A stretch of DNA of 63,893 bases, filler included, from Octopus bimaculoides (GCF_001194135.2; 4 parts of 4 records of this genome joined end to end with filler, not necessarily neighbours in it); one strand, 5' to 3'. Counted from the whole stretch's first letter, positions 21,567 through 36,429 are shown. Made by a program: numbers and translations. Notes: generated from the letters alone by a model not told the origin.

Positions 21567-22336
21567 GTAGGTCCACACCATTTTTTTTGTTCTTTTCTTT
21601 TATTTTCTTTTCCTTTTATCTGTAGTCATTAACCCCTGGAGTTCTTGACAGAATATATGCAGTTAGGTTTGAACTTACAAACTGTATAATCCTGCCATCC
21701 TAGAATGATTTTGCTATTGGAAACCAATTGTAAAATCTCTACCAAAGAAAACAAATTTCTGCTTGTCTCAGTCTGCCTGGCTGACAAGCAAGTCCACACC
21801 ACAGTCAGAAGTTTCACAGTGACCAAAAGGATGAATATCCAAATTTTAAAACTATTGCTCTGACAAAATTATCCCACAATGGGTTCTTTTATATAGGTGG
21901 TTGACTTGCTAGAGATGACAGCTAAATCTCTCTCAACCTACCATCCACTTACTATTACTACAACAACAAAAGTGTGGATTGTACCATTTGACTGCCTACA
22001 CACATTTCATAGGTTCGTTTAGGGCTATGTGAAGACTACACTATCAAAGACTGCTCTATGTACCATAGTTCTGCTGGTTTAGAGCTGACGTAGTGTTAAA
22101 TAGCAACAGCATGTAACCCATTTATGATGTGTTCACATGGGAAAGCTAATGTCGAACTATAAACTATACATGCTAATAAACACTAGAAGTTTGGTGTGTG
22201 TGTATGTGTGTGATGCAAGTGCTGGAAATAGTGACATCAGTGTTTGTAAGTTCAAACAGTATTACTAACATTTGCTTGGTAATACAACCATAGGGCAAAA
22301 ATGTATCAGTCTATTTGGCAGTTATTCACCTGCTTT

Positions 22337-22610
22337 GTTAATGTGACGGACATTGACAAAGGGCATTGGTTAGTCACTAGCTATGTCAATATGACAGACA
22401 TTGACAAATAGCACCACCGACTCACCAGTTATGTCAATATGACTGACATTGATAAACAGCATCAGTTATTTACCAGTTCTGTCAAATATGTTTGACATTT
22501 ATAAAGAGCATTAGTTACTCATTAGCTATGTCAATATGACAGACATTGACTAAGGACATCAGTTACCAACTACGGTCAATATGACAGACATTGATAAAGA
22601 GCATCAATCC
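22337..22610. repeat. 48-bp minisatellite (about 6 copies) with a palindromic core, in a PDRG1 intron
   Basis: gtcaat starts at 22385, 22433, 22481, 22530 and 22575; core GTCAAT-atgacagac-ATTGAC. Confidence 0.85.
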
Positions 22611-23454
22611 TCTCTGTTCTTCTGTCACCATGACAGCCAATCCATATTAAGGAGGGTAGAAGTTATTTCCCTTACTAACATTTACTTTCACTAATCATTT
22701 CCTATTTTGTTATGAGTTAACTATTAATTATCCTTAATCCAAAAAACATGATTAAAAAAAAAAAAAAACTATTCCAGTCATAACAAACTTTTCTTTTTAT
22801 TTATTTATTTATTTTTTTTCCAAACAGTGTTTCTAGAACTGAAATATTTTCGTGTGCAGTTTTGGTATTTTGTTTTTATTATGACGTCAGTTATCATCTG
22901 AGGGAGATTTGGTTAACATTTCTAGCATGGGGAACAACTAAGTAGAGGCTATCTTATCAAAAACGGCTGTTGGGCCTTTACAATCAGGAATTTCTTCCTT
23001 CTTCCTACTACAAACCATCTATTAAAGAGTGGGAGCTGTCGTTTGTCAAAATGATAGGGACAATATTTGGCCCTCTGGGACCTGTCATTTTCCCTGAACT
23101 GCAAGGACAATAACTGGTCTTGTGGGAGATGTTATGTCAGAATTATAGGGGACATTTAACAGAACTTGTGGGGGTCTTATTGCCTTTCAAAATTATAGGG
23201 GCAGTATCTCGCCTTACATATAGGAATAACAACACCGTATTTGTAAATGTCTCTGTTCGTTTCTGTGATAAATATTCCAGTTATTCTATCAACCGAACTC
23301 TCTTCTCACTGGATTCTAGTGCATGTGGTTGGGTATTCCACAGACGTGTGTATCGTTCATGTAATCAGCAGGCAAAAATCATTGTGACTCAGTGTGTAAC
23401 AGTTCAGTATGAAAATATACTTCATAACATTATTTCATTGTAAATTTGTTTACG

Positions 23455-23672
23455 TGTGTGATCGTGGTGCTGTGGTAAGAAGCTCGTTTCCTAACCATAC
23501 GGTTTCAGGTTCAATTTCATTGCATAGCATCTTGGGCTAATTTCTTTTACTATAGCCCTGGGTCGACTAATGCCTTCTGGGTGGATTGGATGTGGTAGAC
23601 AGGAACTGAAAGAAGCCTTACACATGCACAAATATATATCATATATACTCACACATACATATATATCTATTT

Positions 23673-23707
<35 letters not shown>

Positions 23708-24067
23708 AGTGGCTGTGTAGTACGTAGCTTGCTTACCAACCACATGGTTCCGGGTTCAGTCCCACTGTGTGGCACTTTGGACAAGTGTCTTCTGCTATAG
23801 CCTCGGGCCAACCAAAGTCTTGTGAGTGGATTTGATAGACGGAAACTGAAAGAAGCCCATCATATATATAGATATATATGTGTGTGTTTGTGTGTCTGTT
23901 GCCCCCCCCCCCTCATTGCTTGACAACCGATGTTGGTGTGTTTGCCTCTTCGTAACTTAGCAGTTCAGCAAAAAACCTGGTACTTATTCTATCGTTTTTT
24001 TTTTGCCAAACCACTAAGTTACAGGGACATAAACACACTAACATTGGTTGTCAAGCAGTGATGAAGG

Positions 24068-24101
<34 letters not shown>

Positions 24102-24140
24102 ATGATGGGCTTTTTTCAGTTTCCGTCTACCAAATCCACT
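23455..24140. mobile_element. Cluster of SINE family D copies (two plus-strand heads, then a minus-strand fragment)
   Basis: Consensus matches starting at about 23455, 23708 and 23980. Confidence 0.75.
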
Positions 24141-25328
24141 CATAATGAAAACAAAGGCCGAATATTCCTAAACAAATATGAAAACAAAAGAGTTGAAGAC
24201 GACTTTCCAGTTGTGACCATTTCATCTGTTTCTGGGTATCGTGTTTGTAAACTGTTATGTTCTCTATTTTTGTAACACTTGTATGTAATATAAAAGAGAT
24301 TTGGCTGCTACTTCTAGCATGACTGACCAACTCTATAGAGGCTCCAGTATTGGCTCATTACACCTTTCAGATTAATTATACTTTGTGATTGCTATTCTCG
24401 TCCTAGGCACCTTAACACACACAAGGTACATAACTCTGTGAGACTTGTTTAGCTGAAAGGTACCCTATGTGTATCCGTGTGAGTATATGCATATGTATAG
24501 ACATATATGTATTTATGTCTTCTACACACACAAGTTTGTCCTTTCAAGCGATGGTGCCACTTAAAATGCACCTGTGCCAGTGCCGCATAGATGCGCCTGT
24601 GCCAGTGGCATGTAGAAAGCACCCAGCGCCCTCTGCTAAGTGGTCGGCATTAGGGAAGGCACCCAGCTGTAGAAACCATACCAAAAACAGACAGCTGGGA
24701 TCTGGACAGCTCCTTGTCAAACCGTCCAACCCATGCCAGCATGGAGAGCTGACGTTAAATGATGATGATGATGAGAGTGTCTCAAAAATCACTTTCTATT
24801 TTGAGAAATAATCGGAATTATGAAAAACTGGTTTAAATTTGGATAATGTATTTAATTCAAAATCTTTGCTGCAAAGAACTGGTGGTCCACATGGTGACCT
24901 TCAGTGTCTCTACCGAACTCAAAAAGCGATAAATTGCTTCCTGGAATACACTGTCCAGCATTTGAGGTGTTTTGAACTGCAACAGTAATAAGATTTGAAA
25001 GCTCTGCTACATCTCTAAATTGGTGTACACCAGGGGTCGCCAAACTTTTTCGACCATCGACCTCCTTTAACCACTTCTCCTTCCATATCGACCCCTTTAG
25101 CCACTTCTCCTTCTGCATTGACCCCCCCCCCTCTCTTAGCCACTTCACCTTCAGCATTGACCACCCTCTTCATTTAAAATACCTTAATACCTTACCATAC
25201 CATATTCTGAATGTGTACTGGCTACTGTTGCTGGCAATTAAAATGTTTTCTGCTGAGTCAGTTCCTGTCAAACCGTCCAACCCATGCCAGCATGGAAAAT
25301 GGACGTTAAATGATGATGACGTGTTCTC

Positions 25329-25381
<53 letters not shown>

Positions 25382-25419
25382 ATACATATGTATGTATGTG
25401 TATACATATGTGTATATAA

Positions 25420-25453
<34 letters not shown>

Positions 25454-26348
25454 CATATAATGTATGTATCATCATCATCATCGTTTAACGCCCGCTTTCC
25501 ATGCTAGCATGGGTTGGACGATTTTATTGAGGACTGGTGAAACCGGATGGCTACACCAGACTCCAATCTGATTTGGCAGAGTTTCTACAGCTGGATGCCC
25601 TTCCTAACGCCAACCACTCAGAGAGTGTAGTGGGTGCTTTTACGTGTCACCCGCACGAAAACGGCCACGCTCGAAATGGTGTCTTTTATGTGCCACCTGC
25701 ACATATATATATATATGTATGTATATATATATATAATTTTACTCCACTGGAGTTCGCAATATATAGAGAAAGCCAGCAATACTATTAAAAACAGAAATAT
25801 AACTTAAAAAATAAATTGTTCTCCTTCAAAAATGTCTTTAACCCTCAAAATATTCTTATCTCTCATCACATTTAAAAATCCGTTACTAATTTTATCATGT
25901 ATAATATAATCATCACAGCAGGTAAAATTTACGATGTTAATTATGATACCTGACCACTAACTAAAGCCTAATGCTGCCTTCAATATGCCCAGTGCCCTCT
26001 TAGGAGCTGTACCGCCCACATTGTAAAGCTTTGGTTTAAACGAAGAAAGGCATCTGTTCACTTAAGTAAACTGATCCATTGATATGCAAATTTTTCAATG
26101 CTTGAAGGCCTGTTCTTCTTCTAAGGCTATCCTAAGATAACAGATGTGAACTATCTAGCAATGATTGAGAATGGAATGAAACAGGAAAGGTATAATGGCA
26201 AATATCTATTAATCTGTACGGAATGACACAAGGAAGGTATTAAACTAATCTGACCAAATTCCAGAGCTTTTGTTAAAGAGAACGATGTGGAAAGTATCCT
26301 TCTGTGCATGGATAATGTGGTGAATGATATTTACCACATCTGCCTGTT

Positions 26349-26407
<59 letters not shown>

Positions 26408-26467
26408 TGTATGTGTTTATCTAACTGTTTATGTATATATATGGGTGTGTGTGTATATATATATATC

Positions 26468-26517
<50 letters not shown>

Positions 26518-27029
26518 CATACACACTCACACAGATAGATATATCGATATTTGTGTGTAGGTAGATATGTATATATAAATGGATATATGTATATGAATGG
26601 ATACATCTATACATGTGCATGTGCACGTTGTGTGTGTATATGTCTGTGTGTGCATGTTTATATGTGTGTGTGTGTGTGTGTGTGGATGGTTGGATGAACA
26701 GATTTGAATTTCAGAGATTTGTCAGAAGATTAGCTGCTGGAGATACTCTTAATACATTTCTGTTAATACGAGGGAATCCTCTGTTGTCAATAAATATTGG
26801 TTATTCCACTTATATTCTTCAGATAAAATTTCCTCTCTTACACTATCACAAGTTTGTCTTTGTTGTTTTATGTTTTTTTCTGGTTTTGGACTCTTTTATC
26901 TCTGGGTTCGTTGGTTGGTTGGTTGGTTGGTTCGTTGTGTGTTGTTGTGGTTTTTTTTACTTCCATTCACTTTAAAAAAAAAATTATTACATTTGATGTT
27001 ATTTCAAAAACTTAAATGTAGCTATATAT

Positions 27030-27592
27030 ATGCAGATATGTTTACATATATATGTATATATATATATATATATATGCATATATATTTATATATACATATA
27101 TATATATATATGTATATATATTTATACATGCATATATATATATATATATGTATATATATATGCATGTATATATATATGTATACATATATACTCGTTTACT
27201 TGTTTCAGTCATTTGACTGCGGCCATGCTGGAGCACCGCCTTTAGTCGAGCAGTATATATGTATATATATTTATTTATATATATATGTATATACATATAT
27301 ATATGTATATATATTTATTTATATATATATGTATATGCATATATATATGTATATATATTTATTTATATATATATGTATATACATATATATATGTATATAT
27401 ATTTATATATATATGTATATACATATATGTATATATATTTATTTATATATATATGTTTATACATATATATATGTATATATATACATATATATGCATATGT
27501 ATATGCATATATATGTATATATATATGTATATACATATATATATATGCATATATATACATATATATATGCATATATATACATATGTACATGC

Positions 27593-27623
<31 letters not shown>

Positions 27624-27660
27624 ATTATGTGTATCTATCTGTCTATATAAATTTACATGC
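27030..27660. repeat. Long degenerate (TA/TATG)n tract with an embedded SINE D 3' fragment (27191-27252)
   Basis: Direct sequence; explains the YI-rich ORFs. Confidence 0.9.
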
Positions 27661-28370
27661 ATATGTATGTATTGTATTTATGAAATTCTTATGCTTAGAT
27701 CAGTGAAACAATTGTAATACTCATGCATATGCGCACTCACAGAAATGCATACAAATATGCACACACACACACACACGTACTCAAATACTCACACAATACA
27801 TGCATGAACTCTCCAACATATGCACTCACGGATACCCTCCCACACACACTGATGCACTCTGATATACTCACATACGCACACATGTACACACACACGCTCT
27901 GACACTCCCACAAAAAAGAAAATAAAAAAAACCCCATGAATTTTCAGTTTTTTTTTTTTTAAACCTGAAAATAATTTTTCTTAAAGTCAAAACAGTAGTT
28001 TTGGAATTTCTTTTTCTTGTACAAGAAAAAGAAAATTAATATTTCTTCATAACCAAAATTTAATGCTTCTAGCATAAGCATCTTGCGATTTATTTTTAGA
28101 CTCTAAATTCATAAAAGTCACAAGTTTTTTCAAGTTTTCCTTTTTTTTTTCTCTATCTTCTCAATAATGTGAGATCTAATTTGTAGAATTCTTACTCAAC
28201 TATTGCAAATAACAATTTCTTGTGTCTTAAAGTTCTTGAATTCAGTGTTGACTTAATGAACTGATATAAATTTCCAATAAACTTCATGTCTCAAAAATTT
28301 TCCACATGCCATGTTTATTCATTTCTTCCTTCTATAAGTATGTCTTCATGTTTATATTGTGTGTATGTGT

Positions 28371-28504
28371 GTGGCTGTGAGGTAAGGAAGTTGCTTTCCA
28401 ACCACACGGTTCCAGGTTCAATTCCACTGTGTGTTACCTTGGGCCCCTGCACTGACCAAAGTGTTGTGAGTGGATTTGGTGGATGGAAATTGAATGAAGC
28501 CTAT

Positions 28505-28537
<33 letters not shown>

Positions 28538-28730
28538 TTGTGTGTGTGTGTGTATGTTTGTGTGTCTGTCCACCCACCATCGCTTGACAATATTCCCATA
28601 ACATAGCAGTTCGGCAAAACACACTGATAGAATAAGCTATAGGCTTACAAAGAATAAGTCCTGGAGTTGATTTGTTTGCCGAAAGGCGGTGCTCCAGCAT
28701 GTCAAATGACTAAAACAAATAAAAGAATAG
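28371..28730 (+). mobile_element. SINE family D
   Basis: Consensus match, internal (TA)(TG) tract. Confidence 0.8.
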
Positions 28731-29461
28731 AATATATATCCATATATATACACATACGTATATACATGTATATACATATATATATACATACATATTTATG
28801 TATATATATACAAATATATATATATACACACATACATATATACAAATATATATGTAAATGGTAAATCTCCCAAAAAATGAAGAACAAACACAACAAGAAA
28901 GAAACAACAAGATGATGTGGTACATGCAAAGTATTAGCAGATGCTCAGGGAAGGTAAGAAAGGTAGTTTTATGTTTCAAGCAAAGCTCTTTGTCAGGAAC
29001 AGGAGCTGGAGGAGAGTCCAAGAGAAAAGGAAGACGGAGGAAAAAAAATCGCCAACAATCCACATGTGGTTGGGGTGGGAGAACAGCTTCATGCTAGGGA
29101 ACGAGATGATTACTATGAGAGGTGGGGGCAGAGAGGGTTCCCTTGAGGGGTCCATCTTATCTTTTCCTGTGGCATTCTAAACAAGTCTGTAGTTTCAAAG
29201 TTATCCCTATTGAATGTGGTGAAGTTATGGCTTGTCCTGAAAATGTCCCCTGATTCTCGAGCCATGCACCCAGTCAAATAACATTCCTCTAAAAATCCTT
29301 TGGTGGAGCCCCATTTTGGCCATCTGTATTCACAGTTGTACTCCTTTCTTCTGGTTGCCACGGGGTTGCGAGATAAATTTGTTAATCACCACAGCTCCAT
29401 TTCTGCCAATTGCAAAATATCTTGTGGAATTTATTTACCCTGTCTTTCTCTTTCCTTTCAG

Positions 29462-29619
29462 ATTATGACAAATTGGACATAGAAATAAATTCCCTTCGTA
29501 AAACTTTGAAAACTGAGATGAATCAGTTACGGGACTTGGAAAATCAGGATGCCCTTACGGGTTTCGATTTGAAGCCCCTTTCAAACCAAGAGATCAAAGC
29601 TATTGAAAATCTTCTCTGA
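29462..29619 (+). CDS. PDRG1: PDRG1 last coding exon: DYDKLDIEINSLRKTLKTEMNQLRDLENQDALTGFDLKPLSNQEIKAIENLL*
   Basis: Acceptor ttctctttcctttcag|AT; phase matches the previous exon; GFDLKPLSNQEIKAI resembles the PDRG1 C-terminus GFNLNPLNQDELKAL; TGA stop. Confidence 0.88.
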
Positions 29620-29807
29620 CTTTCAGTAGTTTTGAACCCAGGACACTTCTGTTAAAGGTGCATCATTTCTGACTATCTTGTTGCTTATGCACACAAACTG
29701 TTGATAGAATCATCTACTGGAAATTCAAAAATTTCTTTGTAAATACCATATTGAAGACCCTGTACGATCCCATGCTGATGTCTTTACTCAAAAAAATCAC
29801 AATGTTG

Positions 29808-29813
29808 AATAAA
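29808..29813 (+). terminator. Putative PDRG1 polyadenylation signal
   Basis: AATAAA about 190 nt after the stop codon. Confidence 0.5.
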
Positions 29814-30717
29814 AAGTTGTGATAACTCAACATTTATCTGAATTCATATTAAATTAAGGTGCATTGTATCAGGATTGTTCTGTCTGTTTGTATCTGCATG
29901 TGTCATTTCTGTCTTATTTCTTATATATGTGATATGTTCGAAATACGGTTTAGAAAAACAACCGACAACTGATGAAGGGTCGTTCGTTATGTTGCTTGCC
30001 TTGTTTTCCATTTGCTTCTTTCGTTGTTCGCAAAAAAAGTTCATATTCCATTTTATTTGTATTTTACGTTGTTTATGTTCTGTAAGTTAACAGTTCAGCA
30101 AGAGAAATTGATAGAATAAGTACCAGGCTAAAAGAAAAAGGTGGGGGGTACTGGGGGTTGATTCATATGACAGTGTTCCAGCATGGCCACAGTCTAATTA
30201 CTGAAACAAAAGATAAATAAAAAATATTTCCCTGAGAACTACGTTAAGGGTGCGCATGTCTATGGAATACTCAACCACTCGTGAGTAGGTTGTTCTGTTA
30301 ATTGGATCAACTGAAACCCTCGTCGTAACCGACAAAATTCCAGGTAGTGGCAGTAGTAGGGGTGTTAGAAATGAAAGCGGTGGTGGTGGTAGTGCTTGTG
30401 GTAGCATTTGCAATGGTGGTGGTCGCGGCAGTGGTGGTCAGTCGTACTAATTGATTACTCAGTACAACTGTTTCCAAACTGTAATGCATGTGTGTGTGTG
30501 TGTGGGTGGGTGTTTTTATGTGGGTGTTATCATTCTGAAGATTGCAGCTGCTCTCAAACTGAATTAAAAGATGCAGGAATTAAAATCTGTAATGGTCTCC
30601 AGTGTGAATTATAGAACGGTGGGAGAAAACCAAAAACAAATAGAGGAATGTAGTGGGGGGTGTTTAGAGACTTTTACCAATTCTGTGATTTTCATGTGAT
30701 CATCATCATCATCATCA

Positions 30718-30750
<33 letters not shown>

Positions 30751-30854
30751 GTGCAAACTAACATTTGGATATTACCAGCTAATCTAGTGTTGAAGGGGTC
30801 AAAGTGACATTGTTTTAATTAGAACTTTGCAATGGGTTACAAGAGAGCAATACA

Positions 30855-30886
<32 letters not shown>

Positions 30887-32687
30887 TAATAATTGTAATG
30901 ATAGTGATGATGATGATGATGATGTCAATAAGAGTGAAGGGAGAAAAAAAATATTATTTGTTCATTCATTAGTTTAAATTTAGTTGTGTTTATTAATTAG
31001 ATGTGTTTATAATTAATGATTTTTCAGATTAAAGAAATAACCCAAATTAGCATTCTATGTACGCTCGCCTGTCTTTTCTATTTGCACAATAACACCACCT
31101 CTAAAACTCTTTATTGTGTGTGTGTGTGTGTGGAGTGAGAGTGAGAGAGAGAGTTATGTTTTTATTAATAGAAAGCCATATATAAATACAGAACTAGTTA
31201 TATATAAATAAATGTGTATATGCGTGTGTGTATAATACAGACTTAGTTATATATATTTATATTTATTAATAGAGAACTATATATATATATATATATATNN
31301 NNNNNNNNNNNNNNNNNNNNNNNNNNNNNNNNNNNNNNNNNNTTAATTAATTAANNNNNNNNNNNNNNNNNNNNNNNNNNNNNNNNNNNNNNNNNNNNAG
31401 ATGCAAAAATATCTTTAATGAATTTTATAATGAATTTATGAACGCAATTAAAAAAAAAAAAAAACTCGTTACTTTTTGGTTGGCTCAGGAGTATTTTAAT
31501 GCAAGCATCTTGTATTGTAAGTGGAGGAGTGACTGCATATTAAGTTACTCTGACATTGTTACCACTAACTTGGCTAATCTAAAATAGAAAGAAAAAAGAA
31601 AGGACATAAACAGCACTAGATGTCATGAAATTGCTGGAAAAAGAAGTACAAGAGAGAGAGAGGGGGGACGGAGAGGAAGAGGGAGAGAGGGGGCGGAGAG
31701 AAAGAGGGAGAGAGAGAGAGAGAGAGGGGGGAGTAGAGTACATTTGCTATAAACACAATGGGACATATAATTATAAAGAATGTTGAATAGTAATTTAATT
31801 ATTGTGTAAAGAAGAGAAAGTTGTGAAACATTTGAGTTTGTTGTTGCTGTTGTTGATGCCTTCTTAAATGTCAGTCGTAGAAAAAGAGGAGGAGTAAGTT
31901 GATAGATACAGAGATATAAACAAAATAGTTTCATGCAGTTTGAACTGAAACAAATATCAAGGCTAGATGGCAGACCCTTAAATGATGAAGTCAAACAATC
32001 GTTTGATAAATGTTTGTGATTATGTGAAGTATTTTATGCTATTTGTATAAATACAAAACTCATGTTTGATATAATTAAAATGGTTTGCAATGAAGTAGTA
32101 AAGGTCAAACTGTGATGTAGTGGAGCTGAAAGACTGTTCGAAAATAAAACGTGGGAGAATAGAAGATATCAGTAAGTTTAGGGGAAACAATATGTTTCAT
32201 GGATGAAAACGGTATTAGGTATTGTTTCAATCTATGTACTTACAAGTGATTAAATAGACAAAAGAAACGGTGCAAACATACACGGGTGTCATCTGCTCTA
32301 CATATACACATCTTCAAATTGCAAAATATGTAAATATACTTTGAATGATGTCTTTTGTGCCTGCCCTCATTTCATCTAACACTGTACATCTCTATCCCTA
32401 CACATTTTTCTAGCAGTTTTGGTTACATTATTGTATCTATAAATAGATCCTAGTGACAAAATAAAATAAAATAATAAAAGAACGGTTTCAAATTTTGGCA
32501 CAAGGCCAGCAATTTTAGAGAGGGACAAGTTGATTACATGGATCCCCAGACTGGTACTTATTTTATTGACCCTGAAAGGATGAGAAGGCAAAATCGACTT
32601 CAGTGGAATTTGAACTCAGAATGTAGATGGATAAAATACCACTAAGCTTTTTGCCCTGCATGCTAATGATTCGGCCAGCTCACCATT

Positions 32688-32720
<33 letters not shown>

Positions 32721-33559
32721 GTTTCAAATTTTGGTACAAGGCCAGCAGTGCTCAACTGGTACTTATTTTATCAACCCGGAAAGGATGAGAAGGCAAAGTC
32801 GATTTTGGCAGAATTTGAACTCAGAACGTAAAGATGGAAGAAATGCTGCTAGGCATTTTGCTCGGTGTGCTAACAATTCTGCCAGTAGCAGTAGCAGTAG
32901 CAGTAGTAGTAGTAGTAGTAGTAGCCGTAATTATGTTTCTTTAATGTACAAAGAACATTGATATAAAAAAGACAAATACAGAGGAATTGGAAATGTGTAA
33001 ATTTCCATTCAAGTAACAAAAATTCCTCAGCAGAAGGGAGACCTGAGGGCTAAAAGCATGGTCACCTGGACCACTCAGGCAATTGCCCCCCTCCCCCAAT
33101 AAAACCTCCTCCAGCCTAAAAGAGCATGCTCAGTCAGATTAGGCCCACAGGCTCAGGCCATTACTTTCATCTAGCTTTCAACAAACGTGATGAAAGCCAA
33201 CACTTCTCTCTCTCCACCTCTAGATTCCTTTTCTATTGAAAGCTGAAAAAGTTAGAGCTTTATCAAAAATGGCAGTGGCTGTCTTTAGCCCTTTTAGTCT
33301 CATTCACTACACAATCTCTTTCATCATGACAACCAGATAGATAAAGACTGCCTGACTTTCCTGGTCAAAGGATGGTGCAATCTTCACAATGGAGTCAGCT
33401 GATAGCTGCTGGCTTTGTCCTACATGAGATAGCACTGTTCAGCATAATAAGGTCAGCAATGCTTGAGCACTGACCAAGTGTGTGCAGAATGGTCTTTCTG
33501 TTCTACAGATAGGCCCAACCTCTAGAGTTTATCTGGAACTGGTAATGCCCCCCCCCCCC

Positions 33560-34000
33560 AGTAACACAGTAAGGCTAGGGATTTATGGAAGTTATCCATG
33601 GATCCTGGACTGAAAGTCCTCCAGACCAGGCCAGCCAGTTGATTTTCATTGATGGCCAGAGTTTTTTTTCCAAGAGCATCATCACACTTGCCTGCCACTA
33701 AACCGCTAAAGAGGAATTTCCACCAACTGCATTGCTTGGCTGGTAGAGGACTGTGAGTGCTTGATAACATTCCAGATACCAAGTGCCCTTCCTTAGTCTT
33801 CCCTTGACCCAGAACTGAGGTTCCATCAAAGAGAAAAGCCAGGGAGAAATGCTTTGACAAATGCTGACCACACTTGTTTACTGTAAATAAAATGCTGGAG
33901 ATGATGATGCATGTCTGTGCATCATTAGCTACAGTATGGCCAGTCCTCCATTCAACATGTGTTGACAGCAGATGAAACACCTCACCTGTAGAACATATAT
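33560..34000 (+). mobile_element. Possible highly decayed DIRS-type tyrosine-recombinase relic
   Basis: Only fragmentary motifs in broken frames (VPSKR..., ISYSMA, IQHVLTA) that loosely recall DIRS YR domains. Confidence 0.2.
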
Positions 34001-35959
34001 CCCCTTTCAACAGAAAGTAAAAGAGCAGGTGTTCAGACATGAAGTAGGACAAGCACAATGGATGCAATGTCGACATTCAACATCTCTGCTCAACCTTTCA
34101 AGGATAGTTTACTCTCAAACTACTACTACTACTACCACTGATTATAATAATAATAATGCTTTCAAATTTAAAGAAAGCTAAAATATAAATACTTAGTGAA
34201 CAAAAAATTTACATTTTTGAAATCACATTCAGTTAAAAATATTTCTAAACGATTAAAAGATTGTGTACGTCGAAAAGTCAACAGTTTTTGTTTTTTCTTA
34301 GAGAGCGTGAAGACTATGTGTGTGTATATGTCATAGATAGCGGATGTGTGTTTGTGTTGATTGACATGCCATGACATTCATTATAAATGTTTATATTCTG
34401 TATGTGTGTTGATGTCATGAGTAAACACAAAAATTGTGTTTATTTGTTTTCATTAATAAATAGAGGTCCAAATGTCACAAAAATTTGTGTTGCACTGCTA
34501 AAGGTAAATATGAAAATAAATATGCGAACAAAAATTAAGATACAATATACTGTTTCTGAGATATTTCAGGTACACACAAACATCTGTAGAGTTTTCGTAT
34601 TATTAAGATGTGGAAAATACAGAGAGAGGATGAAAGAAAGGTGTGTTTATCTCAAAGATGACCCAAAAGTCCAGAAAGTTCTGTGTTTCTTTTAATAATC
34701 TTAATTAATAAATGTGTAATCAATATTCTGTAAAATTTGCATTATTTACATTCACATATTAAACCTAAAACAAATATATTTTTTGAATATTTTTTGGGAC
34801 TTTATACCTAAAGTGTGACAAGATATTTATATTCGCTGTAATGTGCAATGAGAGTAAAATTTTTTGGGAGGAGAAAATTTACTGGTGTACAATGACACGA
34901 CCTCCTCCTCCCCACCCCTCAGACACACACACACCAAAACCTGTGAAATGTATTTACAACAGCGATTACAGGTAGTATCGACTCTCACGTTTCAATTGTA
35001 AGTTTTGTATTTTTTGAAACAGGTCAGCAGTAAAGGTAATCCATTTACAGTGATTTCATTTAAATGGTTTGATGTTGTTGTATTGAGGCAGGCATTCATT
35101 TTGTAGAGACAACATTGCAAAACATAACAGTATTGTGTGACAGTGTTACTGACTCTTGGTGATTAGTCGTTAGCAACTAATGACATACGTGGCTGTGCAG
35201 CCTGCTAGGCATAATAACACCCTCATAAACCACACTAAGAAAAGGAAGGGCACATTGTCCTAACTATACAAAATTATGGGATGGTCATGGCTGGAATACA
35301 TTTTTCCAAAGTTCTGTTGGATCAGGTCTCATCTAGAGCCACCAACAACAACACAGTTAAAAAATAACATGCTTGGTATGTTATGAGGGAGATTTGGCTT
35401 CTACTTCTAGTAGCTCAATTGACCATAAAAAGGTTCCATCATTAATTGGAGGCCAACCACACTATAGTTGTGTTCCACATTGATGCAATGTCAATCTGTG
35501 TTGGATGCCTTTTGATGCTGGTTGCAGTTTTGCTAAATACACAGGTTATAGTATTGACATGGACTGTGAACAGGGATCCCTCGTTCATTGGAGACAGATG
35601 AACAAGTTTCAGCAGAAATTGTTAGGGCAATCATTGTTCTCAGAAATCTTTACAGTTTCAGACATTTCTGCAGGATATGAAAGTCAGAAATTGATTCCAA
35701 GTTGAGGAAACATCTCTTTTAGACAACAACTATTTCATGTTAAGAAGGTCGAAACCCCTTTATTTTGGGCCAAAGATTGGTAGGGTGACAAAAAAAAAAC
35801 CCCCACCTTGTATTGAGTTATAAAGCCTTAAGTTCTGAGTTCAAAACCCATTAGGGTCTTTAAGACTGGAATTTTAAGGTTGGGATTCCAAAATATATCT
35901 ATCCCTGCAATCATATAACTATTATGAGGGTAAATTACTGAGGCGTTACCATTTTCATG

Positions 35960-36260
35960 AAGAGACATGGCTTAAAGACAGGATTACGCAAATGTCTAAA
36001 GAATATGAAGAACAAAACCTTTGGAGTTTAACAGATATGTGATCGATGACAGGAAGAAGGACAAAGATTTAGATCTAGATGAAACTAACCAATAAAAATA
36101 GAGTAGCATTAATATTCAATAGGCCATCAAACTGTTGAAGATAAAGTTGTAAAGATGGTGACTATATAACCATATTGCTATTTTAGCCTGTTCTGTTGAT
36201 GGCACAAAACTCCCATCTCTTCATGAAAATGGTAGCACCAAGATGCTGATCTAGCAAACA
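35960..36260 (+). mobile_element. pogo/Tigger-like DDE relic
   Basis: ILACSVDGTKLPS resembles the DDE_1 motif TVxLACxADGTKLPP. Confidence 0.4.
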
Positions 36261-36429
36261 CATCTGCTGGTCTATTTCCCTTTTCTACCACTCACTTTTT
36301 ACCTTGCACATTATTGTTTAAGCCTCTCTACCCAACACATCATTGACTGGGTAGCCATAATTTTATATCTTTCTACAGTTGAGAAAATTTTGTTTCTTAA
36401 TGATAAAGTCTATACTTTTTGTTTTTTGT

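Noticed and set aside
24852-25157. 101-aa minus-strand ORF
   Set aside because: Half is a short tandem repeat next to an hAT-like TIR (25031); the rest may be the antisense of a decayed hAT dimerisation domain. No gene support.
26870-27706. Long YI/CV/HT/poly-X ORFs in the track (e.g. 26870..27706, 4539..5154, 6570..6940, 53619..54832)
   Set aside because: Translations of microsatellites or N gaps.
31343-31354. TTAATTAATTAA islands within N runs (also 57765-57776 and 61950-61961)
   Set aside because: Identical six-frame-stop linker embedded in gaps: an assembly artefact.
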